A stretch of DNA of 64,000 nt from Sminthopsis crassicaudata. Taxonomy: Eukaryota. The position numbers were made by a program, and so were the translations under genes. Below the pieces are notes generated by a model. That model saw only the letters and a list, made by a program, of their open reading frames with translations, was not told the origin of the DNA and did no database searches. Each line of letters starts with the position of its first letter. The first letter of the stretch is position 1. The stretch is from the NCBI RefSeq assembly GCF_048593235.1, contig NC_133617.1:365246067-365310066 (forward strand), given 5' to 3'. This document shows positions 50,763-61,716 of this stretch, piece after piece.

Positions 50763-53700
50763 CAACATTCAATGAATAATGTTCTTCTCACCAATGAGTA
50801 TCTTTGTGAACACTATACCTCCAAATGATCTGCATTTGTGGGACTATAAGGCTAGCAAAGTAGCATAAGAGGGAGGAGCATGATGACAACAGACAACAGA
50901 GTAGAAGACAACAGACCTGCCATGTCAGGTATGATATACCCTTCCAATTGTGTAAAAATGGCTACATGTGTTCATTGTAGTCTTCCATATGTGTTCCTTT
51001 GAATGACACTCTTTCCTGGTGTCATTCATTCCAGTAGGGGTGAATTCATGGCATATAAGGAATATAAGGAAAATATTATGATTTTATTTTTTTAATTATG
51101 CCATTTCATGAAATTCCTCTACTTTTAATTCATTTTCTCCTTCAGTTGGTTGTAAAAATTAATTAAGGGTAGCCTCAGAGGAATACAGGCTCTCTGGTAT
51201 GGGATACAGATTCACAGGATTTATGGGATCCAAGGTAGCCATTCCCTTAGGGGCATCTCTGAAGTTAGGGTAATACTACTGATCTCTGTGTTTCTTAAAG
51301 TATGAAGAACAGCCCCCAAAAAGTAGTAGGTCCCTCTTACTAGAAGTCTGTAAGAAAATAATGGTATTCTATAAAAGAGATATTTGTTCCAGTGTGGGTT
51401 ATAACAAATAGCTTCTGAGGTCCCTTACAATACTGGGATTTCAAAGCCAAAATATCTGAAATGAATTTAACCTTATCACTTACTACCCTGATGGTTTGGA
51501 AAACTCATCAGATGTTTTTTGGCTTCAATATCCTCATGTTTAAAATAGAAATAAAATTGTACTGAGAGTATGGTGGAAATCAGCATGATATAGTAATTGT
51601 CACTATGTTTTCCTTAAGATTCAGAAATTGGCAAATTTTTGTGTCAGATCTTATGATCATGGACCCTTTTTGCCTTGTCTTAGGCTATTCTCCCAGTCAA
51701 ATTATGGCACAAACTATCTAGAAATAAAGAGATGAAAGGGGAAATGTTGAGGCATGTACACTAAGAAAATCCAAAACAATAAAGCATTTTAAAAATCTTG
51801 AACAAATGAGACAACTAAGTTCCAGGGAAGTTTAGTGATCTATCTCAAGATATAAATTTAACTATAAAGTGCTAACAAAATAGATGTCAGAATTCTTATA
51901 TCCTGACTCCCAGTCCAATAATATGAACCATGTATAAATCTTGATCAAATTTTTTTCTACTACTATTCATTTCCATATTTCATTTCAATGAGTACAACAA
52001 CAAAACAGTTAGATGAATTCAATTCATTTGAGGAAATCAGTCAAACTGGAGGGAGATGTTGGTATCCTATGTACCAAAATAGTAAGGCATGCCTGCAGTT
52101 GGTAATGTAGGTGTCTTATTGTCCTCATTTTTCTCTACATGCATATTATGAATCATTTGATATTCTAGGAAGGAAGGAAAATTGAGCCCCCAATTCTTTA
52201 GTTTCAAGCTCTGGATTTTCAAATGTCTTACATATTTCCACAAGCAAGAGATCAGCTCCATAGTTCTTGGGAAAGTTTCTGAAAAATAATCAGTTTCATC
52301 TCTAACTCCAGTGATTGTTCTTGCTTCCCAGCTCATGGGTTTTGCCAGGAAACTAAGCAAACTGTCCCTCTTTAGAAGCAGGTGCAGCAGCCTGACAATA
52401 ATCCAATAAAAAACCTATTAGCTGTGTCTCCATGACACTCCTGGTATCCATGGGACCCACAATATCTTTAATGTAGACAATAAATCCAGACCATTTCCTT
52501 CCTCAATTGCTCCCAATATGGCTCCACTCCTAGGACTATTCCCCTAACCTTTTGTTACAGCATTTTCTCATGAATGCTGAATCACTCCTAATCTTTCCAA
52601 TGAAACAAATGCTGTCCCTCTCTGTGAAACCCATCAGACTGTTTTCCTCACCTGACTACAATTGCATCCTGGGTCATTGCCACATCGAAAACACCAGCCC
52701 CCAACATGACCAAGTTGTAAAACAGCCCTACTGTATTTCTTTCTCCCAAGCTGGGAAGGTTTGTGACTATTTTGCTCCAATCCAAACAGCCTGAGTTAAC
52801 TCTGGGTATGCACATCTCCAGTAGCAGCCTTTTTCTTGGCATGTTAGAGTATAATAATAATAATAACAACAAAAACAATAATAAAGAATTATAATAATAA
52901 TGGTAACAAGAAACTTAAAGATTGATTCTAGTTTCTGCTTCCAGAGGAAAACAAGGTAACTCTAATAGTAATTAGGCTATGAAAGGCAGTACATATCCCA
53001 TAATTGGAGATTATTTTTCATAAATATTATAGAGAGGATAAATATTCAGCAATGATTTAGACTAGATGGCCTCTTGTATCCCTTCCAACACTGATTCTCC
53101 ATGGTGAACATAAATATGATTATTATTATAAAAATGATATTTTAATAATAATAAAATATAATAACAGCAATAATTATCATTTATATAGCTAAGGTTTATA
53201 AGGTTTACTTTTTGCATTACTATCCAATTTGACCAGCAATAATGGGAGATAAATATTAACATATCTCATAGATGATGTTGAAACTGACGACCTAGATAAG
53301 GTAAATGACTTGCTGTTAAGTTATTATATTGAGTCAGAATTTCACATGCTTGAATTCAACACACTGATGCTGTTGAACTAATTATCCTAAAATACTCCCA
53401 ACTCAAACATCTACCATTGTTCCCAATGACTTTCTAGCTCAAGTCCCAGCCCCTCTTCCTGTTTTTCAAAGCACTCAGAAGCTTGGCTCCACATTACCAA
53501 TCCAAGTTTGTTTGTTTGTTTTTCCTCAGCTTCTTCTAAATATAAAAACCTATGCTCCAGGTGGGTCAATTCATTCACCATCCAGTCCCTATATTATCTA
53601 TGTCCCTGGTTCTGGATTTACTCCTTTTACCTTCCCTAGAATACTCACATTCTGCTCCAGACAATTTTCATCGCTCTAGCACTGCTCAAGTTTTCATTTA

Positions 53701-54649
53701 GATGACATTTCAGACTGAAAAGGAGGACTTAGAAATCAGAGGATTTAGACTTTAAGGACTTTAAGGTGTTTTAAGGACACCATAGAGATCTTTTAACCCA
53801 ACCCTATTATTTTATGGAGGAGAAAGATGAGACCCAGAAACAGAAAGTGACTGTAAAAATAAATAGTAGAACTGAAATTCAAACCCAGGGCCACTATCTT
53901 TAAATCCAATGTCCTTTCCAGCACTCAGCAGATAGCATGCTCTCTCCTCCTCCTCATTGATCTCTTTTGTCTCTGAATTCTTTCTGCAATTGAAGTAAGC
54001 ATTCCCTTAGTCCATGGTTCCTCTATAACTCTCTCACATTTGCAGGCTTCTCTCCTGACTACATTTTAAGTTCTTACAGGGCAGGGGCCATATTTTCTTC
54101 TTTTCAAATATCAGAGGATCCTCATGATTAACTAACTCATGACTGACAATATAGTAAGGGTTCAGTAACTATTTATTGGGTGATGAAATGATCAATTTGG
54201 TAAGAACTAATAAAATGGCAGCTAGAAGCCCCAATATTAACAAAAGATGTAGGCAAAACCCAAAATGACTTAAAAAGACTGCTGAGCTTCTTCTTCTTTA
54301 CAAAATAAAGCTCAGGGCCATCTCTATCTATCTAAAAACAACAAAAGCAGCTGGCTAGCTATTAAATGTCTTTCAAGCGGCAGCAAATTAGCAGCCATCA
54401 AAATCAATACTTCTCCTGGGAGAGCTTTTCCAGTTACCTGCTGAAAGTCTTATTTGCAAAATATACCCCAAAGCAATGATGGAGACCTTGAAATAGTGCA
54501 GAAAAACAAGTGGGGAATGGGTGGGGAAATCTTTCCTTAGGTTCCATACTGAGATAAGGAAGAATATGCTTGAGAGATTAACTCAAAGGAAGTGAGAAAA
54601 AATTGTATTCAATTCCATTGAATCCCCAAACAGATTTTTTTTTTAAATA

Positions 54650-55039
54650 GGAAAAGGACCAATATGTATAAAAATATTTGTAGCTCTCGTCACAGAACAA
54701 AGAATTGAAAATTGAGGGGATGTCCATCAATTGAGGAATGATTAAATAAATTGTGCCATGTGATTATGATGGAATATTATTGTTCTATGGGAAATGATGA
54801 GCAGGATACTCTCAGAAAAACATGGAAAGAGCTCCATGAATTCAAGCAAAGTGAAATGTACTGTGTACAAAGTAATTACAATATCGTGGGGGTAATCAGC
54901 TGTGAATGGTTTCACTATTTTCAGCAATATGATGATCTAAGACTTCTGAAGGGCTTATGATGAAATATGCTATTCATACTCAGAGAAAGATCTGATTGTG
55001 TCTGAATACAGATTGAAGCATTGTTTTATATGTAACTGG
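54650..55039 (+). mobile_element. Old L1 ORF2 C-terminus/3' UTR, runs into gap
   Basis: ggatgtccatcaattgaggaatg...atggaatattattg...aagtgaaatg. Confidence 0.85.
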
Positions 55040-55172
55040 NNNNNNNNNNNNNNNNNNNNNNNNNNNNNNNNNNNNNNNNNNNNNNNNNNNNNNNNNNNNN
55101 NNNNNNNNNNNNNNNNNNNNNNNNNNNNNNNNNNNNNNNNNNNNNNNNNNNNNNNNNNNNNNNNNNNNNNNN
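55040..55172. other. Assembly gap (133 N)
   Basis: Direct read. Confidence 1.
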
Positions 55173-55221
55173 ATGTGTTTTGCGCCTTAGATGCTGATGC
55201 TTTATCTGTAAGTGTCAGTTT

Positions 55222-55372
55222 GGGGGGCAATTAGGTGGTACAGTGGATAGATCACCAGCCCTAAAGTCAGGAGCACCTGAGTTCAAATCTACTCTTAGAC
55301 ACACTTAACACTTCCTAGCTGTGTGACTCTGAGCAAGTCACTTAACCCCAATTGCCTCAGGAAAAAAAAAGA
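55222..55372 (+). mobile_element. WSINE1-like SINE between two gaps
   Basis: gggggcaattaggtggtacagtggatagatcaccagccc...ccccaattgcctcagg plus A tail. Confidence 0.88.
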
Positions 55373-55375
55373 ATC

Positions 55376-55504
55376 NNNNNNNNNNNNNNNNNNNNNNNNN
55401 NNNNNNNNNNNNNNNNNNNNNNNNNNNNNNNNNNNNNNNNNNNNNNNNNNNNNNNNNNNNNNNNNNNNNNNNNNNNNNNNNNNNNNNNNNNNNNNNNNNN
55501 NNNN
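55376..55504. other. Assembly gap (129 N)
   Basis: Direct read. Confidence 1.
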
Positions 55505-57189
55505 AGAGGTATGGAAGGTTTGTAAGCAACAAATTTAACAAATTTAATGTAAAACATCAAATTATGCATCGGGATTTGCCCTGATGGGATCCATTAAATT
55601 TTGTGGGTGCTGGAGGAGATTGTGATTTTAAAAAATGATGTTTTTCAGAAGATAATTCTGGAAGCAGGGAGCTAGGCAAGTTGTAGAGAGAAAGAAACAA
55701 GAAAATCCAGACCAGAGGAAAAATGCTTGTGATAATTCAGACAGGGACTTTAGAACCATCTATATCATTGACTAGACCTGTACCTATCATTGAAGTGCTC
55801 CCCATGTCTTGATTTCTCCAAATGTTAAAAATGGAAATAATATGAAAATAATAATGGAAATGGAAAATTTTCCATGGAAATAATGGAAATGGAAATAATA
55901 ATGATTTCAAAGTTGTTGTGAGGAACGAATAAGATCATGTATATGACAATTCAGCAGCAACCATGAAATTGTAAAAACAGAAGGGTATAAATGCCCTCTT
56001 GGGGCCATCAAAATGGCAAAAATACAATTTCACATAAATAGGCTTAATTTTTTTTTTTTTGAGTAGCTCATTAGATTTGTGTTTGGGGTTTTATCTTAGA
56101 AATTTTAGACTTATAACTGCAAGATACTCTTAAGGCCATCAAGTACAACCATTGCATTTTATAAATGAGGAAGCTGAGCCATAAAGAAATTGAACTTGCC
56201 CAGGGTCCCAGTCAATAAGTTTCTGAGAGAGCCTCCAGCTCAGGTCTTCCTGACTCCAATTGCAGCATCCTATTAACTATACCACATTGCCTCTCAAGAT
56301 ACATGTTGAAGTTCCTTAGAATACCACCACCAAATAGTTCATCATCTTTTTGAATCCCATAACCTGAATCTTCAACTCAGTCATTTAACAGGATGCACCA
56401 TTTCCCCTTTCTGTCATGCACTGCTATTTATTTCCCCATTTCTGCTATTCCTGAGGTGCATGCCATCATTATATCTGCCTCATAGAGTCTCTCTCTTCTT
56501 CTGCAGTACAGCTCAGGCTCCACCTCTCAAACCACCAAAGTAGTAGTCTCTCCCTCCCAAACTACCTTGTGCTTAGCTACTTTGTATACATTTACATTTA
56601 TTGATTTTATATTAGACTTACATTTAATGATTAAATTTAATTCTATATTTATGACAGATACATTTTATCTGTCTTTCTCTCCCCTTTTAGGATGTAACAT
56701 TTAAGGACTCTTTTTCATTTTTATCTTTGTATTTCTAAAACCTAGAGCAATATTATGAGTATAGCAGGCACTTAATAAATAGTTGTAGTGGATTGAATAT
56801 GAACTGTTACAGAAAATTATTTATAAAAGCTTTACCATTCTCTTCTCATACATGCTTCTACCTAGAAGCATACTTCATTCTCAGAGAGATTTTCTAAAAA
56901 TAAGCATAAGTTAGAAGTTAGGATTTTGGGGAGGTAGAAGCATGGATCACCATAGTTGCTTCTTCTTGTCGATGAATCCATGATATTTTCCACTAAGTGA
57001 TTTTTGGAATTTCTTCTTTTGAAATATATTGAATATATGAGATATGTGATGCCAAAAAAGAATTATTAATATACTATCATTTAGATCTGAGTCATTGTTT
57101 ATAAAGAGACATTTATGAGCTGGAGATGAGGAAGTTAGGAAGCACACTTGAAGGGCTTTGAGCCCTGAGAGGAACTAGCATGATAACAT

Positions 57190-57740
57190 ACTTGATAAAA
57201 ATCAGCTTGAAGCCTCTGCTTAAAGACCTTCAAGAAGAGGGAACCCCTCACTTCTTGAAACACCTCATTCCATTTCTGAACTTAATTAATTGTTTAAAAG
57301 TTTTTCCCTGACATCCAACTTAAATCTGGTTTTTTGACATCCATTGATTCTGATTCTATCCTCTAAAGCCAAGTAAAACAAGTTCACTATGAAAACAGCT
57401 TTTCAAATACTTGAAAATGACAATTACGCCTCACCCCTTCATTCTTTTGGCAACAAATCCCCAGTTTTTTTGACTGATCCTCATAGGTCATAGACTCAAG
57501 ATGCTTCACTATTCTATATGCCCTCCTTTGCCCACTCTAAATCTATTACATGTCTTTCTTAAATTGTGGTATTCAGAAATAAACCCAGCACCCCTCAATG
57601 CATTCTGGCAATGACATATTACAATGGAACAATTATCTTTGATTTCCTGGAAGCTTTGCCTCATCTTAATGCCACCCAAGATCACATTAGCTTTTCTGGC
57701 TGCCACATCACACTACTGGCTCACATGGAGTTTGGAGTTT
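57190..57740 (-). mobile_element. L3/CR1 3' part
   Basis: Reverse: gcagccagaaaagctaatgtgatcttgg (ORF 57509-57706 AARKANVILG)...gtctttaagcagaggct. Confidence 0.8.
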
Positions 57741-57749
57741 ACTAAAACA

Positions 57750-58050
57750 TAAACTAAGAGTGATTAGATTTTGTTCTGCTTGGCCCCAGAATGCAGAACC
57801 AGGAGCAAATCATGTATATTGGGTGCAAAGGGACAAATTTAGACTTGATGACATGAAAAACTTCAGAACAATTAGAACTATCCAAAAGTAGAATTAAGTG
57901 GAATTGGCTGCATTGGAAATTGGCAAGTTCCCCTTCTTTAGAGGCCTTCAGATAAATGCTAGATGGCCACATGTTGAGAATATCAAAGCACATCTTTTAT
58001 GTGTTGGATTAAATGGTCACTTAGGTCTCTTTTAGCTATAAAATTATGTG
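57750..58050 (+). mobile_element. L3/CR1 3' end, back-to-back with previous copy
   Basis: ggccccagaatgcagaaccagg...aaatttagacttgatg...ggaattggctgc. Confidence 0.7.
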
Positions 58051-58589
58051 AATATGTGAAAATCTATTTCTGAAAGCTTTTATTATTTTAAAGTCATCTC
58101 CAGCACTGATAAAAAAGAAACTTGATCATATCCAACCATTCTTCTTGACTTCATCTACTTTATTGCATTTCCTTTTCCTCAAATAGCATATAAGGTACTA
58201 TGGTGGTAAGATTCAATCAAATACAATGGCTCCACAAGCATTACTTATGAGAAAATAATACCATAAACTTACTTTCAGATGGGTTTCATTTCACCTTTGT
58301 ATGCCTAGGAAGGCTCACTCTACTTTTCCTCTACACTATATTTCATACAATGCTTGACACCCAGAGATCAATGTTTATCAGGACAGAATCTGAACATCAT
58401 ATTCCATATTGTGTTTTAGAAATGCACAACACAAGGAAGTCTGACATGATAAATATTTGAAAGAGAGGTGGAAAAGAGAAACTCAAAAAAGAGGAACATT
58501 ATAATTATTGAGTCTATTTCACCCAGAATTGGTTATCAGTAGTTGGACACTGACATGTGATATGGTGTGGTGTTTGCTTCCCTCTCCAG

Positions 58590-58653
58590 GAGACTTTTCC
58601 TGCAGCTACAGAAATCCTATGCCAGAGCTATGAATCCCTGGGAGAGAGAGCTG
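58590..58653 (+). CDS. Candidate internal coding exon (64 nt, phase 0 to 1): ETFPAATEILCQSYESLGERA
   Basis: Acceptor tgtttgcttccctctccag|G with upstream CTGAC; donor CTG|gtagga; open frame; unique DNA; no homolog recognised. Confidence 0.35.
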
Positions 58654-59753
58654 GTAGGATGCTTTCCCCTTTATTCTTTGCTTAGATCTATGGCTTGTTT
58701 CCTGGTGTTTTTGTTCCTGAAATTCCTGTTCAGAAAAATCATGCCACTGAGTACAATGCTTTGAATTTCCAGTGCTGAACTTCTCAAAATATTTCAAGAT
58801 CTGCAACAGGGTTTATCACCTCTCATAATTGAGTTATTCACTTATGAGAGAATTGTTTTTTGCTCTATGAATTTCTAGAACAGTCAGTCCATGGTGAAAA
58901 TTTTCTCTGTCATCTATTTTGTTATGTTGTATAATTAACTGTCTTTTGTATGGAATTTATATATCTTATATGTTAATCTGATAAAAGAAACATTGGTAGG
59001 GATATATGAGCTTAAGTATTGGCTCAGTACTGACTTAAAGTATGTCCTGAACCTGGGGTAACTTTTGGAATAGGACTTGTCTTTACGAGTATTATTGTTT
59101 ATTTGTATAGGTTTTTGTTGTTGATTTTTTGATTTTCATCTGCAGTGGCCTTGAGTTGATCTGGTGCAACTGAGCTCTATTTCAAATATATTCTAGTACT
59201 TTTCAATATTTTATGAGGCAAGATCTTCTGTCATCCTCTTTTATAATGTTTTACATATGAACTTGTGCTCAAAAACATTTGCTTTCTTTGGCTGCCATGT
59301 CTGCCACTTGGCAAAGAAATGAAATATATCCCACATGATTTAGTTTCGTGGATCTTTTAAGCTCCTCATTTTACTCACTCTTTTTCAACAGTTAAACTTT
59401 CTAAGAAATAGTAAGTGATAAAGTCACTATCCTTATTTTTATCTTTTTTCAACTTGTTGGTGACAACAATTCCTAAAAACCAATTGATAGGACCAGATTT
59501 CACTTCCTCCTTCCCTCTTATCTCTCACCTCTTCTCTTCTTTATTCTGCTTTTTCTCTCTTTCTTTTGTTTTCTTCCTCCTCTCCTTTCTTCTTAACTTC
59601 CTGTTTTTCTTCTTCCTTTCTCCTTTCAATTGATTTCCCTCCTCTATCACCTTTTTCCCCACTTCAACTGTCCTCCATTTTGGCTCTATCATCTATCCCC
59701 CACTTTCTTCTTCCTTTCCCTTTCTCCACCTAAGAGTTTCTTCTTCATATTAG

Positions 59754-59831
59754 ATGATGCTTTGGTGGAGATGACTAAAGAGGACCCTGAATTCATTGAT
59801 ACTGACATCATACAGCTATTCTGCATCCATG
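59754..59831 (+). CDS. Candidate internal coding exon (78 nt, phase 1 to 1): (D)DALVEMTKEDPEFIDTDIIQLFCIH
   Basis: About 250-nt pyrimidine tract ending tattag|AT; donor ATG|gtcagt; only one frame open; in phase with 58590 exon. Confidence 0.4.
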
Positions 59832-60399
59832 GTCAGTTTTAACCAAAGATAAAAATATGACTCAACTATACAGCTTGAAGTATGAGAAAATTAAGGCTAT
59901 TCCAGTAAGCATTAATCAAAAACAGAAGGTCACAGTATTTCACTTTACCTGGATAAGTTCCCTTTCAGGGAGCTCTTATTAAATAGGTAGCATTTCCTGA
60001 AGAAAAAGTCTAAAAGGTAGAAGCAAAATTCAAAGTAAATAAATTCATTATTTAGGATAAAGATCTTATCATTCCTATTTGAGAAAATTTCAGGAAAACT
60101 AAAATATAAGTAAAATGGAACTTAGCAAAATTGTATTCTTCAAATCCATAAGTTGATCCCAAGTCCCTCACAAGCACTCTCATACTTCTTGGCATGTTCT
60201 AAAGGTTATCTTCCTTTGAACTTCACATGTAGATCCTTGATTTCCACTAGTCTGCTTCTCTACATGCTATGAACAAAGACTCAGCATTCAGAATCAATCA
60301 CCAACTTTGTAGCAGAGTTGCATTAGAGGATCTGACTCTTTTGGTCACCTTATTAAGTGACTGCCATATTGTGTTTTTTTTTCTACAGAAACAGATTCA

Positions 60400-60405
<6 letters not shown>

Positions 60406-60444
<39 letters not shown>
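60406..60444. repeat. (TG)n microsatellite
   Basis: Direct read. Confidence 0.95.
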
Positions 60445-60449
<5 letters not shown>

Positions 60450-61295
60450 TGTTCAGTGCTTATTGCATCCTGTATCTTTCAATTCCCTTTTTAAAGAAAA
60501 TATTCCTTGCTTTATTTGGGTTAAAGAAAAAAATCTAGGAATTTACTGGAAATTGGTATTCAGGAAACTGATACAAACAAAAACACTATTATCTGGCACA
60601 GAAATCAGACAAACAAAAACATAGACACATACACACATGCACACTACATGACAATTTAATCAAAGTTTTGGCCCCACAAATACAAGAAAGTGACAACATA
60701 AGGCAGAAGGAGATGAGGAGGAAACTCACTGAATTGGGTATTCATGTGATGGAATTATATACCATCAAAATAGGCTTGATCGAGAACCTTAATTGGGGCA
60801 AGAAGAAGGAAGGACAGTCCTAATCAGACCCAGATGGGGTGGAGAAGATCTCAGGGTCACTAGATAATTCCAGCCTTGGATAAGGTATGGGTATGAAGGA
60901 GGATTTCTTTATCAGAATTACAAACTAGGGGATCACCACAGGTAGCATGAAGATGACAGGAGACCCTAGTTTAATCAAAATCATCCAATCAAAAGCTATG
61001 AACATTATCTGCCTAACAGAGTTAATATAGATCTGAACTGTGGAAAAATGCAAACTATGTCTACCTTCATCTATGTGCTTTAAGGAAATCTGAATTATTT
61101 AGCCTATGTAGCTCCAAATTGAAGTCCTATCATTATAATTGCAATATGAAGCATTGAGTTTACAGTGAACACATTTGTAAAATGTGCTACAGGAAGAGGA
61201 CTCCTGAGTAGTCTATATATCTTTGGTTTTCTTTATTTCTTGATCTTTCCCCTTATGTCCCAACATATTTTTAGTTGTGACACAGTGGCTACATA

Positions 61296-61318
61296 GTTGG
61301 CTACACAGTGTAGCCAAC
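61296..61318. repeat. Perfect inverted repeat, 11-bp arms, 1-nt spacer
   Basis: GTTGGCTACAC-A-GTGTAGCCAAC. Confidence 0.95.
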
Positions 61319-61499
61319 AAGAATTATAATATCTGCTGACTTAATTTAGATGTCATATTCTTCATGAAATTTCTCTCTTCATCCTCTGGAACAGATATCA
61401 AAAAATGTTATAGTTATCTTTATTTGTGGTAGTATGCTTATCATGAGGATTGCAAAGCATAAGAAAATCAGTGCCATTTCTTATTGTTTTATAGTACCT

Positions 61500-61716
61500 C
61501 CACTTGCTCTCCTTTAACTCTCTTAACATTTCAATGTCTTCTGACTTTATCATTCCACTAAACTTTCTCTCTCCAAAGTTACTAATGATCTCTTAATTGC
61601 CTAATCCAATGACAATTTCTCATTTTTTTTCTCCCTGATCTCTCTGTACACTTTGACACAGTCAATCACTCGCTCTTCCTTGCTAGTCTGTATTCTCTAG
61701 TTTTTTTAGGACACAA
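61500..61716 (+). mobile_element. L2 RT fragment interrupted by young L1
   Basis: cattccacta...ccaaagttactaatgatctc (HST..SKVTNDL), tttgacacagtcaatcac (FDTVNH); paralogous to 550-720. Confidence 0.8.

Noticed and set aside
55830-55905. Degenerate aatggaaat(aat) repeats
   Set aside because: Slippage within a MIR core; ordinary.
60100-60260. Minus-strand open segments, including FHA-like VRDLGSTYG
   Set aside because: Short, flanked by stops, no other domain motifs.
61281-61310. Two CACAGTG heptamers (V(D)J RSS-like)
   Set aside because: No nonamer at 12- or 23-bp spacing and no V/J segments nearby.
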